The notes under the pieces were generated by a model, which had not been told where the DNA came from, did no database searches, and worked only from the letters and a program-made list of their open reading frames with translations. A stretch of 39,474 bases of DNA. Origin: Octopus bimaculoides. Lineage: Eukaryota. Shown here piece after piece: positions 22,268 through 33,455 of the stretch (position 1 is the stretch's first letter; every line of letters begins with the position of its first letter). Made by a program: the position numbers and the translations under genes. Location of the stretch: contig NC_068981.1 in NCBI RefSeq assembly GCF_001194135.2, forward strand, positions 1,890,016 to 1,929,489. Reading direction: 5' to 3'.

Positions 22268-22689
22268 ATTGATATTGATAGACTGATGCCTACATACATA
22301 TATGGAGATGAATACATAAATACATACATGCATGCACTACATACATATATACATATAACACTACTTCCCCAAAGCTACATTACTTTTGTATATATAAATA
22401 TATATGTGGGGGGGTTATATATATATGCATGTATATAGGTTCGTATGTATGCATATATGTACATGCATGTACACTCGCTAACATATGCATACACAAGTTT
22501 CAAATGAAGATACGTACATTATTACATGTCAACATTAAGTTAAACTTATAAACGTATATTTATATTAAACATACATTTTATTAAAATGGGAAATTACAGA
22601 TTCAAACAGATTTTCTCTTTGGGAATAAAACAAGTTTGATCTGACTAGTTTCAGTATTTATTAACGTTTCATCGGAGATCGTTTGCTTA

Positions 22690-23292
22690 TTACTGGTTAC
22701 ATAATAATTTACTGGGGTGGGGGCAAAACTTCCCTCGCTATCCTCACTTTCTTTTTCAAGTTGAACTTGAAAAACTTGATGAGAGTTTGGCTGAAGAAGA
22801 AATTATCTGTCTTCAGTCCTTTCAATCTTGTCTACCACACCACTTCCTTCGCCATAGTCACCAGACAAAGGGAAACTGCTTTTCTTTCCAGGCCAAAGGA
22901 AGTCGGCGGAGCGACCTACACGATGGACTCGGCTGATAACCGTATCCGCCCTACACGCAAGGACAGCTGTTCGACAAAGCTCCACAAGTCAGTAATGCAC
23001 GGACACTGGACGGTTTTGTCGCTCTGTGCTCACTTCGGACAGGTCTGTCTGACAGCACTACCGTGTTTGTAGAGCTTGTCTCGAACCGGCAGAGCTCCCC
23101 TGTAGCACTGCCAGGCCAGTGATTTCTGGAAGTTATCTCTAGGCCTCAGTCCGAAACTCCTCCGGAAAAGACCAGTTAATTGATCCCTCCTGACGCCCAG
23201 ATTTTCCTCGAGGACGTCGTCGCTCTTGCTTGCCACTAATCCCCTATAGAACTCCATAGTGGAACTTACACCGACCGCGTTGCCCGACAGAA
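22690..23292 (-). mobile_element. L1/Tx1-clade LINE fragment, ORF2 C-terminal zinc-finger (zf-RVT-like) region
   Basis: A single minus frame reads ...DNFQKSLAWQCYRGALPVRDKLYKHGSAVRQTCPK*AQSDKTVQCPCITDLWSFVEQL...MAKEVVW*TRLKG...FFKFNLKKKVR. This is the W...LPxRxxL...CxxC...ETxxH...C...W pattern with a stop at the second Cys and a deletion removing the His. Confidence 0.8.
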
Positions 23293-23802
23293 ATTGTGAG
23301 TGCTTGCCGACACTCTAGATGCCAAGCGAACACAACAACATAAAAACTGGTAAGAAATGATATAATCATGTGCCAAACGAGGTACATGAAAACGACCAGG
23401 CCACAATCACCTGGGATATGCCTGTTCAAACTGACATATAAAAGCTAATTGCCCAGACATAATGATTAAGGAGTGAAAAAAAAAGACACCTGTTTACTGA
23501 TAGACATTGCAGTCCATTCTGACGAAAATATTGCCCAAAATGAAGTGGAGCAATTATATATTACATACAGAAAATAGCACTACTGGGTACCGCACACATC
23601 CTACATAAAAACACTTTCAATACAGTAAAAATAAGAGCGTTACAACAAACCACAGCACATACCCAAGGCACATAGAGTTGAGCTCGGCTGTGCAGTGAAA
23701 GCACGTGATAAAAATAAGACTACTGAATAATAATGATAATAATAATAATAATAACAATAATGATAATAACAGCAACAACAACTATGATAATGATAATAAT
23801 GG

Positions 23803-23942
23803 CCCTTTCTACTATAGGCACAAGGCATGAATTTTTGTGGGGTGGGGGTGCTATTCGATTACATCAACCTAGTGCTCAATTCGTACTTATTTTATCGACC
23901 GAGAAAGGATGAAAGGCAAAGCCGACCGCGGTGGAATTTGAA
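23803..23942 (-). mobile_element. Family B1 SINE, 5'-truncated; tail continues into the (TAA/TGA)n repeat at 23726-23800
   Basis: ctttctactataggcacaagg...ttatcgaccgagaaaggatgaaaggcaaagccgaccgcggtggaatttgaa. Confidence 0.85.
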
Positions 23943-25217
23943 TAATAATGGTACTAATAGCAAATGAAAATAATAGCAGTAGCTCTTTATGATGTACGAA
24001 TACAAGGAGTGGACTAAATCGATTGATCTAATTTGCATAATAAGAGCACCTGTTGGCAACGTTAATTTACTCCTTAATAGAAGCACGAGACAATGATTAG
24101 ATAATAGATTATTAATTACTTATTAATTCATTCATGCTGCCAATGCTGCCACTGTTATGCAAATTAGACCAACCAGTTTAGTTCTGCCCCAAGATTTCGT
24201 ATACTATGAATGACTATAAGCTATTGATCTCTCTTGTGATCAAGAATAGGTAACCGATTTCTGATGAGATGCTAAGGTCAAACCTGACTGATCGATTCCT
24301 TTTTTTTTTTTTTTTCATCTCTGCACATCGGCCAACCTTTGGTGAAACCGTGTTGTTAAGCTTTCTCTCGGCGATGTTAATATGCGTCCTCGGAAAGAAT
24401 GAGCGCACACACTTAGGTTTAACCTATATTTATCCTGTTTTATTTGNNNNNNNNNNNNNNNNNNNNNNNNNNNNNNNNNNNNNNNNNNNNNNNNNNNNNN
24501 NNNNNNNNNNNNNNNNNNNNNNNNNNNNNNNNNNNNNNNNNNNNNNNNNNNNNNNNNNNNNNNNNNNNNNNNNNNNNNNNNNNNNNNNNNNNNNNNNNNN
24601 NNNNNNNNNNNNNNNNNNNNNNNNNNNNNNNNNNNNNNNNNNNNNNNNNNNNNNNNNNNNNNNNNNNNNNNNNNNNNNNNNNNNNNNNNNNNNNNNNNNN
24701 NNNNNNNNNNNNNNNNNNNNNNNNNNNNNNNNNNNNNNNNNNNNNNNNNNNNNNNNNNNNNNNNNNNNNNNNNNNNNNNNNNNNNNNNNNNNNNNNNNNN
24801 NNNNNNNNNNNNNNNNNNNNNNNNNNNNNNNNNNNNNNNNNNNNNNNNNNNNNNNNNNNNNNNNNNNNNNNNNNNNNNNNNNNNNNNNNNNNNNNNNNNN
24901 NNNNNNNNNNNNNNNNNNNNNNNNNNNNNNNNNNNNNNNNNNNNNNNNNNNNNNNNNNNNNNNNNNNNNNNNNNNNNNNNNNNNNNNNNNNNNNNNNNNN
25001 NNNNNNNNNNNNNNNNNNNNNNNNNNNNNNNNNNNNNNNNNNNNNNNNNNNNNNNNNNNNNNNNNNNNNNNNNNNNNNNNNNNNNNNNNNNNNNNNNNNN
25101 NNNNNNNNNNNNNNNNNNNNNNNNNNNNNNNNNNNNTCCTCCTCCTCCTCCTCCTCCTCCTCCTCCTCCTCATCCTCCTCCTCATCATCATCATCATCAC
25201 CATCGTCATCATTATTT

Positions 25218-25426
25218 GCAAGCAAGCAGAATCGTTAGCACGTCGGGCAAAATGCTTGGCGACATTTCGTCCGTCTTCACGTTCTGAGTTCAAATTCTGA
25301 CGAGGTCGATTTTGGCTTTCATCCTTTCCGGGTCGATAAATTAAGTACCAGTGAAACATTGGGATCGATGTAATCGGCTAGTCCCCTCCCCAAAAATTTC
25401 AAGGCCTTATGCCTTCACAAGAAAGG

Positions 25427-25428
<2 letters not shown>
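25218..25428 (+). mobile_element. Family B1 SINE; tail continues into (TTA)n(TCA)n to about 25560
   Basis: gcagaatcgttagcacgtcgggcaaaatgcttgg...gagttcaaattc...tttcatcctttccgggtcgataaattaagtaccagt...ggccttatgccttcacaagaaagga(tta)n. Confidence 0.88.
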
Positions 25429-25488
<60 letters not shown>

Positions 25489-26413
25489 CATCATCATCAT
25501 CATCATCATCATCATTATTATTATTACTACTACTATTATTACTTAGCAGCAGTAATATAACCGTTATTATTATTATCATCATCATCACCATCATCAACAA
25601 CATCATCATAATTCGTTTAACCCCTTCCCACCACCACCACCACCTACTACCTTGTCTCCTTATCATTATGTTTCCCAAACACAAGTCCCTTTTCTTTTGT
25701 CTCCGATTTCATCGTAATGGACAACATATTTGTACAGTTTTCCATTCTTTGTTTTTTACTTACTCCCCCCACATATTTTTTCATGTCTCCCCCTTTATTT
25801 TCGTCTTCATTTTTCTACCTTTTTTTTTTCTTATTTTGCTGCTCCCTTTTTCCATTCCTTAAACAAGATTTGACCCTTGATATCGCTCTATATTTACAAT
25901 TATCACAAAAACCTACTTTCTTTTCTTTCAATCTTTCTCTTCTCTTTGTCTTTCTCTCCCTTTTCTTCACTCCCTCTCTCTCTCTCTTCACTCCAAAACC
26001 ATCAAGATTCCCCCCTTCTACCGTCACCCTCCCCCCTCATATATACACAACCTTTTATTTGTTAGATTGCTCTCTTGTTTTACACTTCTTTTCCTTATCT
26101 CTTAAAAGGCGTAAAGTCTTCCTTTTTTCCAGTTTAATAATGGTTTCTATTGATTAACAATCAAACGGTGTCGGATATCGCATGGACAAATGGTTAAAGT
26201 ATCTGTCTACTGCAACTACAGAAAAAAAAATCTAAAACAATAAGAGATACAGAAAATAAACAAATAAAAAATGTTGCCTTCGTTATTACCATTTGGTCGA
26301 CATTTAATTCAATATTACTGTTGCATTATTCCTGAAAATCATTTCCGGCGTTCTGGGAAAATGGCTGTTATTTCTTTGATTTCTCTGTCATATAGTCCAG
26401 TGTTGTCTTGAGC

Positions 26414-26480
26414 AGTGCTTCTCAAACTATCTGATGTGGCGTACCAGCAGTCTTTTTTTTTTTCCAATGTGCCAGGGACC
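26414..26480 (+). mobile_element. Possible hAT-type MITE terminus
   Basis: cagtgcttctcaaact start motif only; partner end not identified. Confidence 0.35.
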
Positions 26481-26550
26481 GGTAATATTTCTTAGTAATA
26501 TTAATTTATACCGGAAACAATATATATAATGAATATAATAAAAGTTGACA

Positions 26551-26759
26551 TACTCTAAGCATGGGGCCCGAAATTTTGGGGGAGGAGGCCAGTCGATTAG
26601 ATCGACACCAGTATGCAACTGGTACTTAATTTGTCGACCCCGAAAGGATGAAAGGCAAAGTCGACTTCGGCTGAATTTAAACTCAGAACGTAAAGACAGA
26701 CGAATTACCACAAAGCATTTCGCCCGGCCCCCTAACGGTTCTGCCGGCTCACCGCCTTA
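26551..26759 (-). mobile_element. Family B1 SINE, monomer
   Basis: gcccgaaattttggggga...gtcgaccccgaaaggatgaaaggcaaagtcgac...ctgccggctcaccgcctt. Confidence 0.9.
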
Positions 26760-26767
26760 CAAATAAT

Positions 26768-27163
26768 CTTTTCTACTTTAGGCACAAAGCCCGAAATTTT
26801 GGGGGGAGGGGGCCAGTCGATTAGATCGACCCCAGTACGCAACTGATATTTAATTTATTGACCCCGAGAGGATGAAAGGCAAAGTCGACCACGGCGGAAT
26901 TTGAACTCAGGAAGTAAAGACGGACGAAATACCGCTAAGCATTTCGTCCGGCGTGCTAACGTTTCTTATTTCTTTATTGCCCACAAGGGGCTACACACAG
27001 AGGGGACAATCAAGGACAGACAAAGGGATTAAGTCGATTACATCGACCCCAGTGCGTAACTAGTACTTAATTCATCGACCCCCAAAAGATAAAGTCGACC
27101 TCGGCGGAATTTGAACTAAGCATTTCGCCCGGCGTGCTAACGTTTCTGCCAGCTCACCGCCTT
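26768..27163 (-). mobile_element. Family B SINE dimer (B2+B1), second instance, with 17-bp target-site duplication
   Basis: Same junction (gctaacgtttct|tatttctttattgcccacaaggggct) as at about 5493. Flanks accgccttacaaataat (26751-26767) and accgccttacgaataat (27164-27180), 16/17 identical. The B2 unit has an internal deletion in its head. Confidence 0.9.
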
Positions 27164-27480
27164 ACCGCCTTACGAATAATACAATATTACATAAGCTGAT
27201 AAGTTGCTTACTGTAATGTATAAGGCAACATTTCTAAAATTATGCTTATTGTATCTTTCTTTCCTGGAAATTCGCTGCGCACCAGCAGCAGTTGGCTCGC
27301 GGACCACCAATTTGAGTAGCTGCTTGAGTAGAACTTTCTCCAGCATTCTCTGTACGATGTTGGACGACCCACGCCCTCCCCCTGTTTCCGTTACGTGGGT
27401 TACTGTATCCACGGCCATCCATGACTAGAATTGGCTTGAATACTGGAGTGGTTTTCTGTTACCTTCTCCAAGTATGTGGC

Positions 27481-27552
27481 ATTTGAACTCAGAACTTAGA
27501 GAGCTGGAAGATATACGGTAAATCATTTCTGTCGACGCCCCAACGATTCTGG
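27481..27552 (-). mobile_element. Diverged family B-like SINE head fragment
   Basis: atttgaactcagaac...catttctgtcgacgccccaacgattctg parallels the family B head. Confidence 0.6.
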
Positions 27553-27576
27553 TAATCTCCCACCCACTAGAGCAAT

Positions 27577-27675
27577 ATGAAATGAAGCGTTCTTACATAA
27601 CACGACGGCCGACCCGAGAATCGAACCCACGATCTAGCGATCATGAGTGCAACACCCTAACCACTAGGACACGTG
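27577..27675 (-). mobile_element. tRNA-derived SINE head of a third type
   Basis: Minus strand reads gtgtcctagtggttagggtgttgcactcatgatcgctagatcgtgggttcgattctcggg. It has A-box- and B-box-like motifs but no closing acceptor stem. Confidence 0.65.
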
Positions 27676-28078
27676 TCTTCACATGTCCTATAGTATTTGT
27701 TCTTAAATTGTATTTGATTTTATACTCCATCTACATTTAACGGTTCTCAAATGGATGTCCACGGTAAAATATGTCGCGGTCCACGCAAATATCTGCCAAA
27801 CATTAAAGTAGTTTTAAACATTAGGATTTTGTCATGATATATCCATGTCAGTACGTGGAAGCTGGACCCCTATGAGCAGACGACACAACCTAAATTCAAA
27901 GTATTTAAAACAACATGTTACCAAAGGGTACTGAGAATCAGCTGGACTGACCATTGATTGAACAGACGATACCTGGGGAAATGGAAACAGAAAGAGCTTT
28001 TGGCAACTGTCAGGAAGATAAAACTGCAGTATTTTAAACATGCCACCGGGTGCAGATCCTCAGTACCCATGTTCGAGG

Positions 28079-28340
28079 AAGTGGTTCTCAACCGAGGTCC
28101 ACATAACCCTTGTGGGTCCTATATAAGGCTTTGCTGTTAAAGTTTATGGGCAATATATTGGTTATTCTTCTACAATACACAAAATATTTTAATAAATATT
28201 TTTAATACAATTCCTAATAATATTTAATTATAAAAATATAAATAGGATTTTTTAAACATCAAATAACTGTGAAGGTCCACTTGAATAAAATAGGGATCAT
28301 AAAGGTTCATAGGTAAAAAAAAAGAATGATTGAGAAACTG
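28079..28340 (+). mobile_element. hAT-type MITE inserted in the RTE fragment
   Basis: Starts agtggttctcaaccgaggtcc and ends gattgagaaactg (degenerate inverted end). The AT-rich body is homologous to 8003-8202. No clean 8-bp TSD seen. Confidence 0.7.
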
Positions 28341-28591
28341 TCCTAGAGGGATGAGTCAATGGGAAACCAGGATGATGCTGACTGGATGAAATCAAAGAAT
28401 GAACCCGAAGGACTTTTTAAAGATCAAATGACTATGAGGGTCCACTTGAATATAATAGGGATCAAAAAAGGTTCATAGGTAAAAAAAAAAAAAAGAATGA
28501 TTGAGAAACTCTGTCCTAAAGGGATGAGTCAATGGGAAACAAGAAACAAGAAAACCAGGAAGACGCTGACTGGAGGAAATCAAAGAATGAA
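28245..28591. repeat. Diverged tandem duplication (28245-28409 and 28410-28591)
   Basis: gga(t/c)tttttaaa(c/g)atcaaat...ggtccacttgaata...ggttcataggtaaaa...gattgagaaact...gggatgagtcaatgggaaac...gaaatcaaagaatgaa occurs twice. Confidence 0.9.
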
Positions 28592-28812
28592 TCTCTGGTT
28601 GAATAGTTACATTATTTGATGTTTAATTGAATTGGTTTAATTTCATTGATTTTATGCCCAAGTTTTTTGCTCTTGTCTCTCCTCAATATTGATGACCGGG
28701 AACCTTAAATGCACGCATCGGCCCTCTCCTTCGATTCTTTTCTCTGATCATAGTTGTGCATTCAAATCTTAGCTTTCTTTCGGGTAAATTCAAGAACTTA
28801 AAATGGTGCAAA

Positions 28813-28843
<31 letters not shown>

Positions 28844-29548
28844 AATAATAAGCCGATTGCCTATTTGTGACACCATTTCCTGGATAGACACTGAAATTCT
28901 ATTTACTGTTGACGGAAAATTCGGCTGTTATGTCAGTGCTGGATGTCTGTCATTGAGGAGCCCAGAACAGGCTGAAATCACGTGATCTGACAGTTCCGGT
29001 GGCCGTGGCAGATGATTCTCGTCTGTCAACGATATAATTTCGAGTGCTTTCATGTACCACGAGTCATGTGAGATATTTTCAGAGCAAATACCGCAGTACT
29101 GTGCTCTAACACAATCTTTGTGTTAAGTTGGAGATCAAGATTACATTTTGGTATTAATACAGCTTATGTCGCTGTTAATTTTTTTTTTTAATGGCACAAA
29201 ATTCCAAAGTTTTCCGAAGAAAAACAAGGAAAGCAATCCCGTAGGCGTTAAGTCCTGAATTAGAAACAGGTTGAAGAGACGGCTGAGTTAACAAAACTTA
29301 ATTGAAAGTGAGTGTTTATTCTGGCAAAAGTGGTCGTAATGTTTCTATGAAGGTGAAAGTGAAGATATTTAGGAACATTTTCTCTCACCTAGATATTATT
29401 AAGTCAACAGTTATTTGGTGTATTCGTTGGTGGAGACAGTTCTAGTGTTGACGATGGAAACAAACTTCATTCTTTCTTGTGTTTATATACATCAGACAGA
29501 TGAAACACTTGCTACCAAAGCGCGACACATTGACGGCTTTGACGTGAT

Positions 29549-29565
29549 TTCTTCTTCTTCTTCTG

Positions 29566-29608
<43 letters not shown>

Positions 29609-29686
29609 TTCTTCTTCTTCTTCTTCTTCTTCTTCTTCTTCTTCTTCTTCTTCTTCTTCTTCTTCTTCTTCTTCTTCTTCTTCTTC
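29549..29686. repeat. (TTC)n microsatellite
   Basis: Direct inspection. Confidence 0.95.
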
Positions 29687-29768
29687 TCTATGCTATTTTT
29701 TCTTGTTTTCTTTCTTCTATGTCTTCTCTACAATGATCTAGACTCTCGTGCCCGTGTGGTTAATAAAA

Positions 29769-29818
<50 letters not shown>

Positions 29819-30723
29819 CACTCACTTCATCATCATTCTCATCAGCATTTGTAAGCGTTTGTCCGCCGTGCAAGCGATTCTACCAGCTCACTGCTCTAAG
29901 TTAGACATGGCTTGGGCCAATCTTTGGTCGAAACACATCGAAGTTATATACATACATACATACATACTTATATATATNNNNNNNNNNNNNNNNNNNNNNN
30001 NNNNNNNNNNNNNNNNNNNNNNNNNNNNNNNNNNNNNNNNNNNNNNNNNNNNNNNNNNNNNNNNNNNNNNNNNNNNNNNNNNNNNNNNNNNNNNNNNNNN
30101 NNNNNNNNNNNNNNNNNNNNNNNNNNNNNNNNNNNNNNNNNNNNNNNNNNNNNNNNNNNNNNNNNNNNNNNNNNNNNNNNNNNNNNNNNNNNNNNNNNNN
30201 NNNNNNNNNNNNNNNNNNNNNNNNNNNNNNNNNNNNNNNNNNNNNNNNNNNNNNNNNNNNNNNNNNNNNNNNNNNNNNNNNNNNNNNNNNNNNNNNNNNN
30301 NNNNNNNNNNNNNNNNNNNNNNNNNNNNNNNNNNNNNNNNNNNNNNNNNNNNNNNNNNNNNNNNNNNNNNNNNNNNNNNNNNNNNNNNNNNNNNNNNNNN
30401 NNNNNNNNNNNNNNNNNNNNNNNNNNNNNNNNNNNNNNNNNNNNNNNNNNNNNNNNNNNNNNNNNNNNNNNNNNNNNNNNNNNNNNNNNNNNNNNNNNNN
30501 NNNNNNNNNNNNNNNNNNNNNNNNNNNNNNNNNNNNNNNNNNNNNNNNNNNNNNNNNNNNNNNNNNNNNNNNNNNNNNNNNNNNNNNNNNNNNNNNNNNN
30601 NNNNNNNNNNNNNNNNNNNNNNNNNNNNNNNNNNNNNNNNNNNNNNNNNNNNNNNNNNNNNNNNNNNNNNNNNNNNNNNNNNNNNNNNNNNNNNNNNNNN
30701 NNNNNNNNNNNNNNNNNNNNNNN

Positions 30724-30779
<56 letters not shown>

Positions 30780-31632
30780 AGTGTGTGTGTACACGCTATT
30801 GTGCGTGTGTATGTAGGTATATATAATTATATATATATACACACAATAATCATGCATACACGTGTGTGAGTGTGTATATGTGTGCACGAAAGTATATTTG
30901 AGTGAATGATTAAGTAGAAAATAAAGGGCCAATTCTTTGCCCGGATCCATTTCCGATAAACTGCCCTTTATCCAGAAAGAGATGGAGAGACAAAGACAGA
31001 GAATTTCTTCGTTTCCAGTCTACGGAGGAGTTCAATAATGGTAAATATTGCTAAAACATTTACCCCTAACCCCGACCTAATCCGGCTATAAGGTTTCAGA
31101 GGGAAACGGGTGACCTCAGTCTCGTCGTCGGCTTAAAGGAGAGTACTGAAACCGGAAACCGGATAAAATTTAGCGGTCTTATATCGCTATTGTAACTCTC
31201 CACTGAACTTCAAGGAAACAAACAAATAAAAAGATAAATAGATAAATAAATAAATAAAGGTCCTGTAACTCAAGAGAGAGAGAGGGGGGAAGAGAGGCAG
31301 GCTGTGTGTGTGTGTGCCAACACTGAAAGTGACAGTCATAATTAGCATTGGTTTTCTTTTAATCTGAGTTTTCTATCAGATTCACATTAGCAACGTTAAT
31401 GGCGTACATTAACAGTGCATCATTGTNNNNNNNNNNNNNNNNNNNNNNNNNNNNNNNNNNNNNNNNNNNNNNNNNNNNNNNNNNNNNNNNNNNNNNNNNN
31501 NNNNNNNNNNNNNNNNNNNNNNNNNNNNNNNNNNNNNNNNNNNNNNNAACTGCTCCACTTAATTATGAGTGATTCAATCTCGTGCCATATTGCAAGGTCA
31601 TTCGATATGAAGTGAACAGAGAAAGGGAGTTG

Positions 31633-31688
<56 letters not shown>

Positions 31689-31711
31689 ATGAATTATGCA
31701 TGTATGTATAT

Positions 31712-31792
31712 ATCTTTTATCTTTTACTTGCTTCAGTCATTAGACTACAACCATGCTGGGGCACTGCCTTTAGTCGTACGAATCGACCCCAG
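31712..31792 (-). mobile_element. Family A SINE 3' tail segment, minus orientation
   Basis: Reverse complement reads ctggggtcgattcgtacgactaaaggcagtgccccagcatggttgtagtctaatgactgaagcaagtaaaagataaaag. Confidence 0.85.
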
Positions 31793-31798
31793 TTCTCA

Positions 31799-32082
31799 TA
31801 GCTTGCTTACCAACCACATGGTTCCGGGTTCAGTCCCACTGCGTAGCATTTTAGGCAAGTGTTTTCTACTATAGCCTCGGGCCGACCAAAGCCTGTGAGT
31901 GGATTTGGTAGACGGAAACTGGAAGAAGCCCGTCGTATATATGTATACATATATATGTGTTTGTGTGTGTGTATGTTTGTGTGTCTGTGTTTGTCCCCCT
32001 AGCATTGCTTGACAACCGATGCTGGTGTGTTTATGTCCCCGTCACTTAACGGTTAGGCAAAAGAGACCATTAGAATAAGTAC
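31799..32082 (+). mobile_element. Family A SINE 5' and middle segment, running into gap 32083-32519
   Basis: tagcttgcttaccaaccacatggttccgggttcagtcccactgcg...gagaccattagaataagtac; lacks the first ~15 nt of the head. Confidence 0.9.
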
Positions 32083-32519
32083 NNNNNNNNNNNNNNNNNN
32101 NNNNNNNNNNNNNNNNNNNNNNNNNNNNNNNNNNNNNNNNNNNNNNNNNNNNNNNNNNNNNNNNNNNNNNNNNNNNNNNNNNNNNNNNNNNNNNNNNNNN
32201 NNNNNNNNNNNNNNNNNNNNNNNNNNNNNNNNNNNNNNNNNNNNNNNNNNNNNNNNNNNNNNNNNNNNNNNNNNNNNNNNNNNNNNNNNNNNNNNNNNNN
32301 NNNNNNNNNNNNNNNNNNNNNNNNNNNNNNNNNNNNNNNNNNNNNNNNNNNNNNNNNNNNNNNNNNNNNNNNNNNNNNNNNNNNNNNNNNNNNNNNNNNN
32401 NNNNNNNNNNNNNNNNNNNNNNNNNNNNNNNNNNNNNNNNNNNNNNNNNNNNNNNNNNNNNNNNNNNNNNNNNNNNNNNNNNNNNNNNNNNNNNNNNNNN
32501 NNNNNNNNNNNNNNNNNNN

Positions 32520-32564
<45 letters not shown>

Positions 32565-33376
32565 ATATATATATATATATACATATATACATACATACAT
32601 ACATATCCTTTTCAACTTCTACCATACCAATCTCTGCTTCTATACCACCACAGGTTACACCACCATCATGTCTTATGACTTACTGGTAATAGTGTCAAAA
32701 AAGTATTAGAGTGCAAAACTAGACACTATCCAAAATTATTATCAAAATAAAAGAACGTTTAAAAGCAAGTACGTAATATATATTTATTGTTTCCAGAACA
32801 GAGACAGCAGAGATTTCATTTCTATGGAAAGCTTCAAGGAAAGACAGATTTCATAATAAGTCAATATATATCCTTATATATAGATGAAAGTACAGCTCTG
32901 TGAATTCAAATCGAAATGATGCCCTTTATGCCTAGTAGAGAAATACAACATTTTCTTGTTAACCAGAAGCCTGGCATACTTCATAATAAATAAGCATCAC
33001 TTACGTCGCCAAAATTAATGAAAAAGAAGTGATGTCGTAATGTAGCAATGAAATTAAACATTATATTAGAGATCTTCTAGCGATAAACGAAATATAACCT
33101 GTCTGTAAGAGGGTACTACCAGATCAGATTGACCGTAACCAACTAATTATAGCATAACATACCTTATTTATCCTTTATTTTGACCAAACATCTACATATC
33201 ACCTCCGAAACAAAAATTGCACTAAGGTAAATAAATCTATCTTTATTTCCTTTACTCATTTATTTATTGTTTTTCAATACCAAAATATTCAAATTCGGTA
33301 ACAGTCACTTTGGTAGACGTCTACGAAGCGAGAAAACTGTTACAGCGATGCAATGAAGCTTAAACTCCGAATAAAT

Positions 33377-33455
<79 letters not shown>

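Larger units (their letters stand above)
27850..28591 (+). mobile_element. RTE-clade LINE 3' fragment, interrupted by a MITE and partly tandemly duplicated
   Basis: Frameshifted translation EAWT..ADDTT*IQVFKTTCYQRVLRISWTDH..LNRRYLGKWKQKELLATVRKIKLQYFKHA. After the MITE it resumes VLEG*VNGK...*LDEIKE. These are degenerate RTE C-terminal motifs (ILRISWT; RRKLQYFGH; EG...RGRP..RWxDxIKE). Confidence 0.75.

Noticed and set aside
24281-24295. Possible C/D-box snoRNA (ctgatgag at about 24261 with ctga boxes here)
   Set aside because: The boxes are only about 25-30 nt apart with no terminal stem, which is too short for a snoRNA.
28978-28987. Isolated E-box palindrome atcacgtgat
   Set aside because: A single short motif with no supporting cluster is expected by chance in 39 kb.
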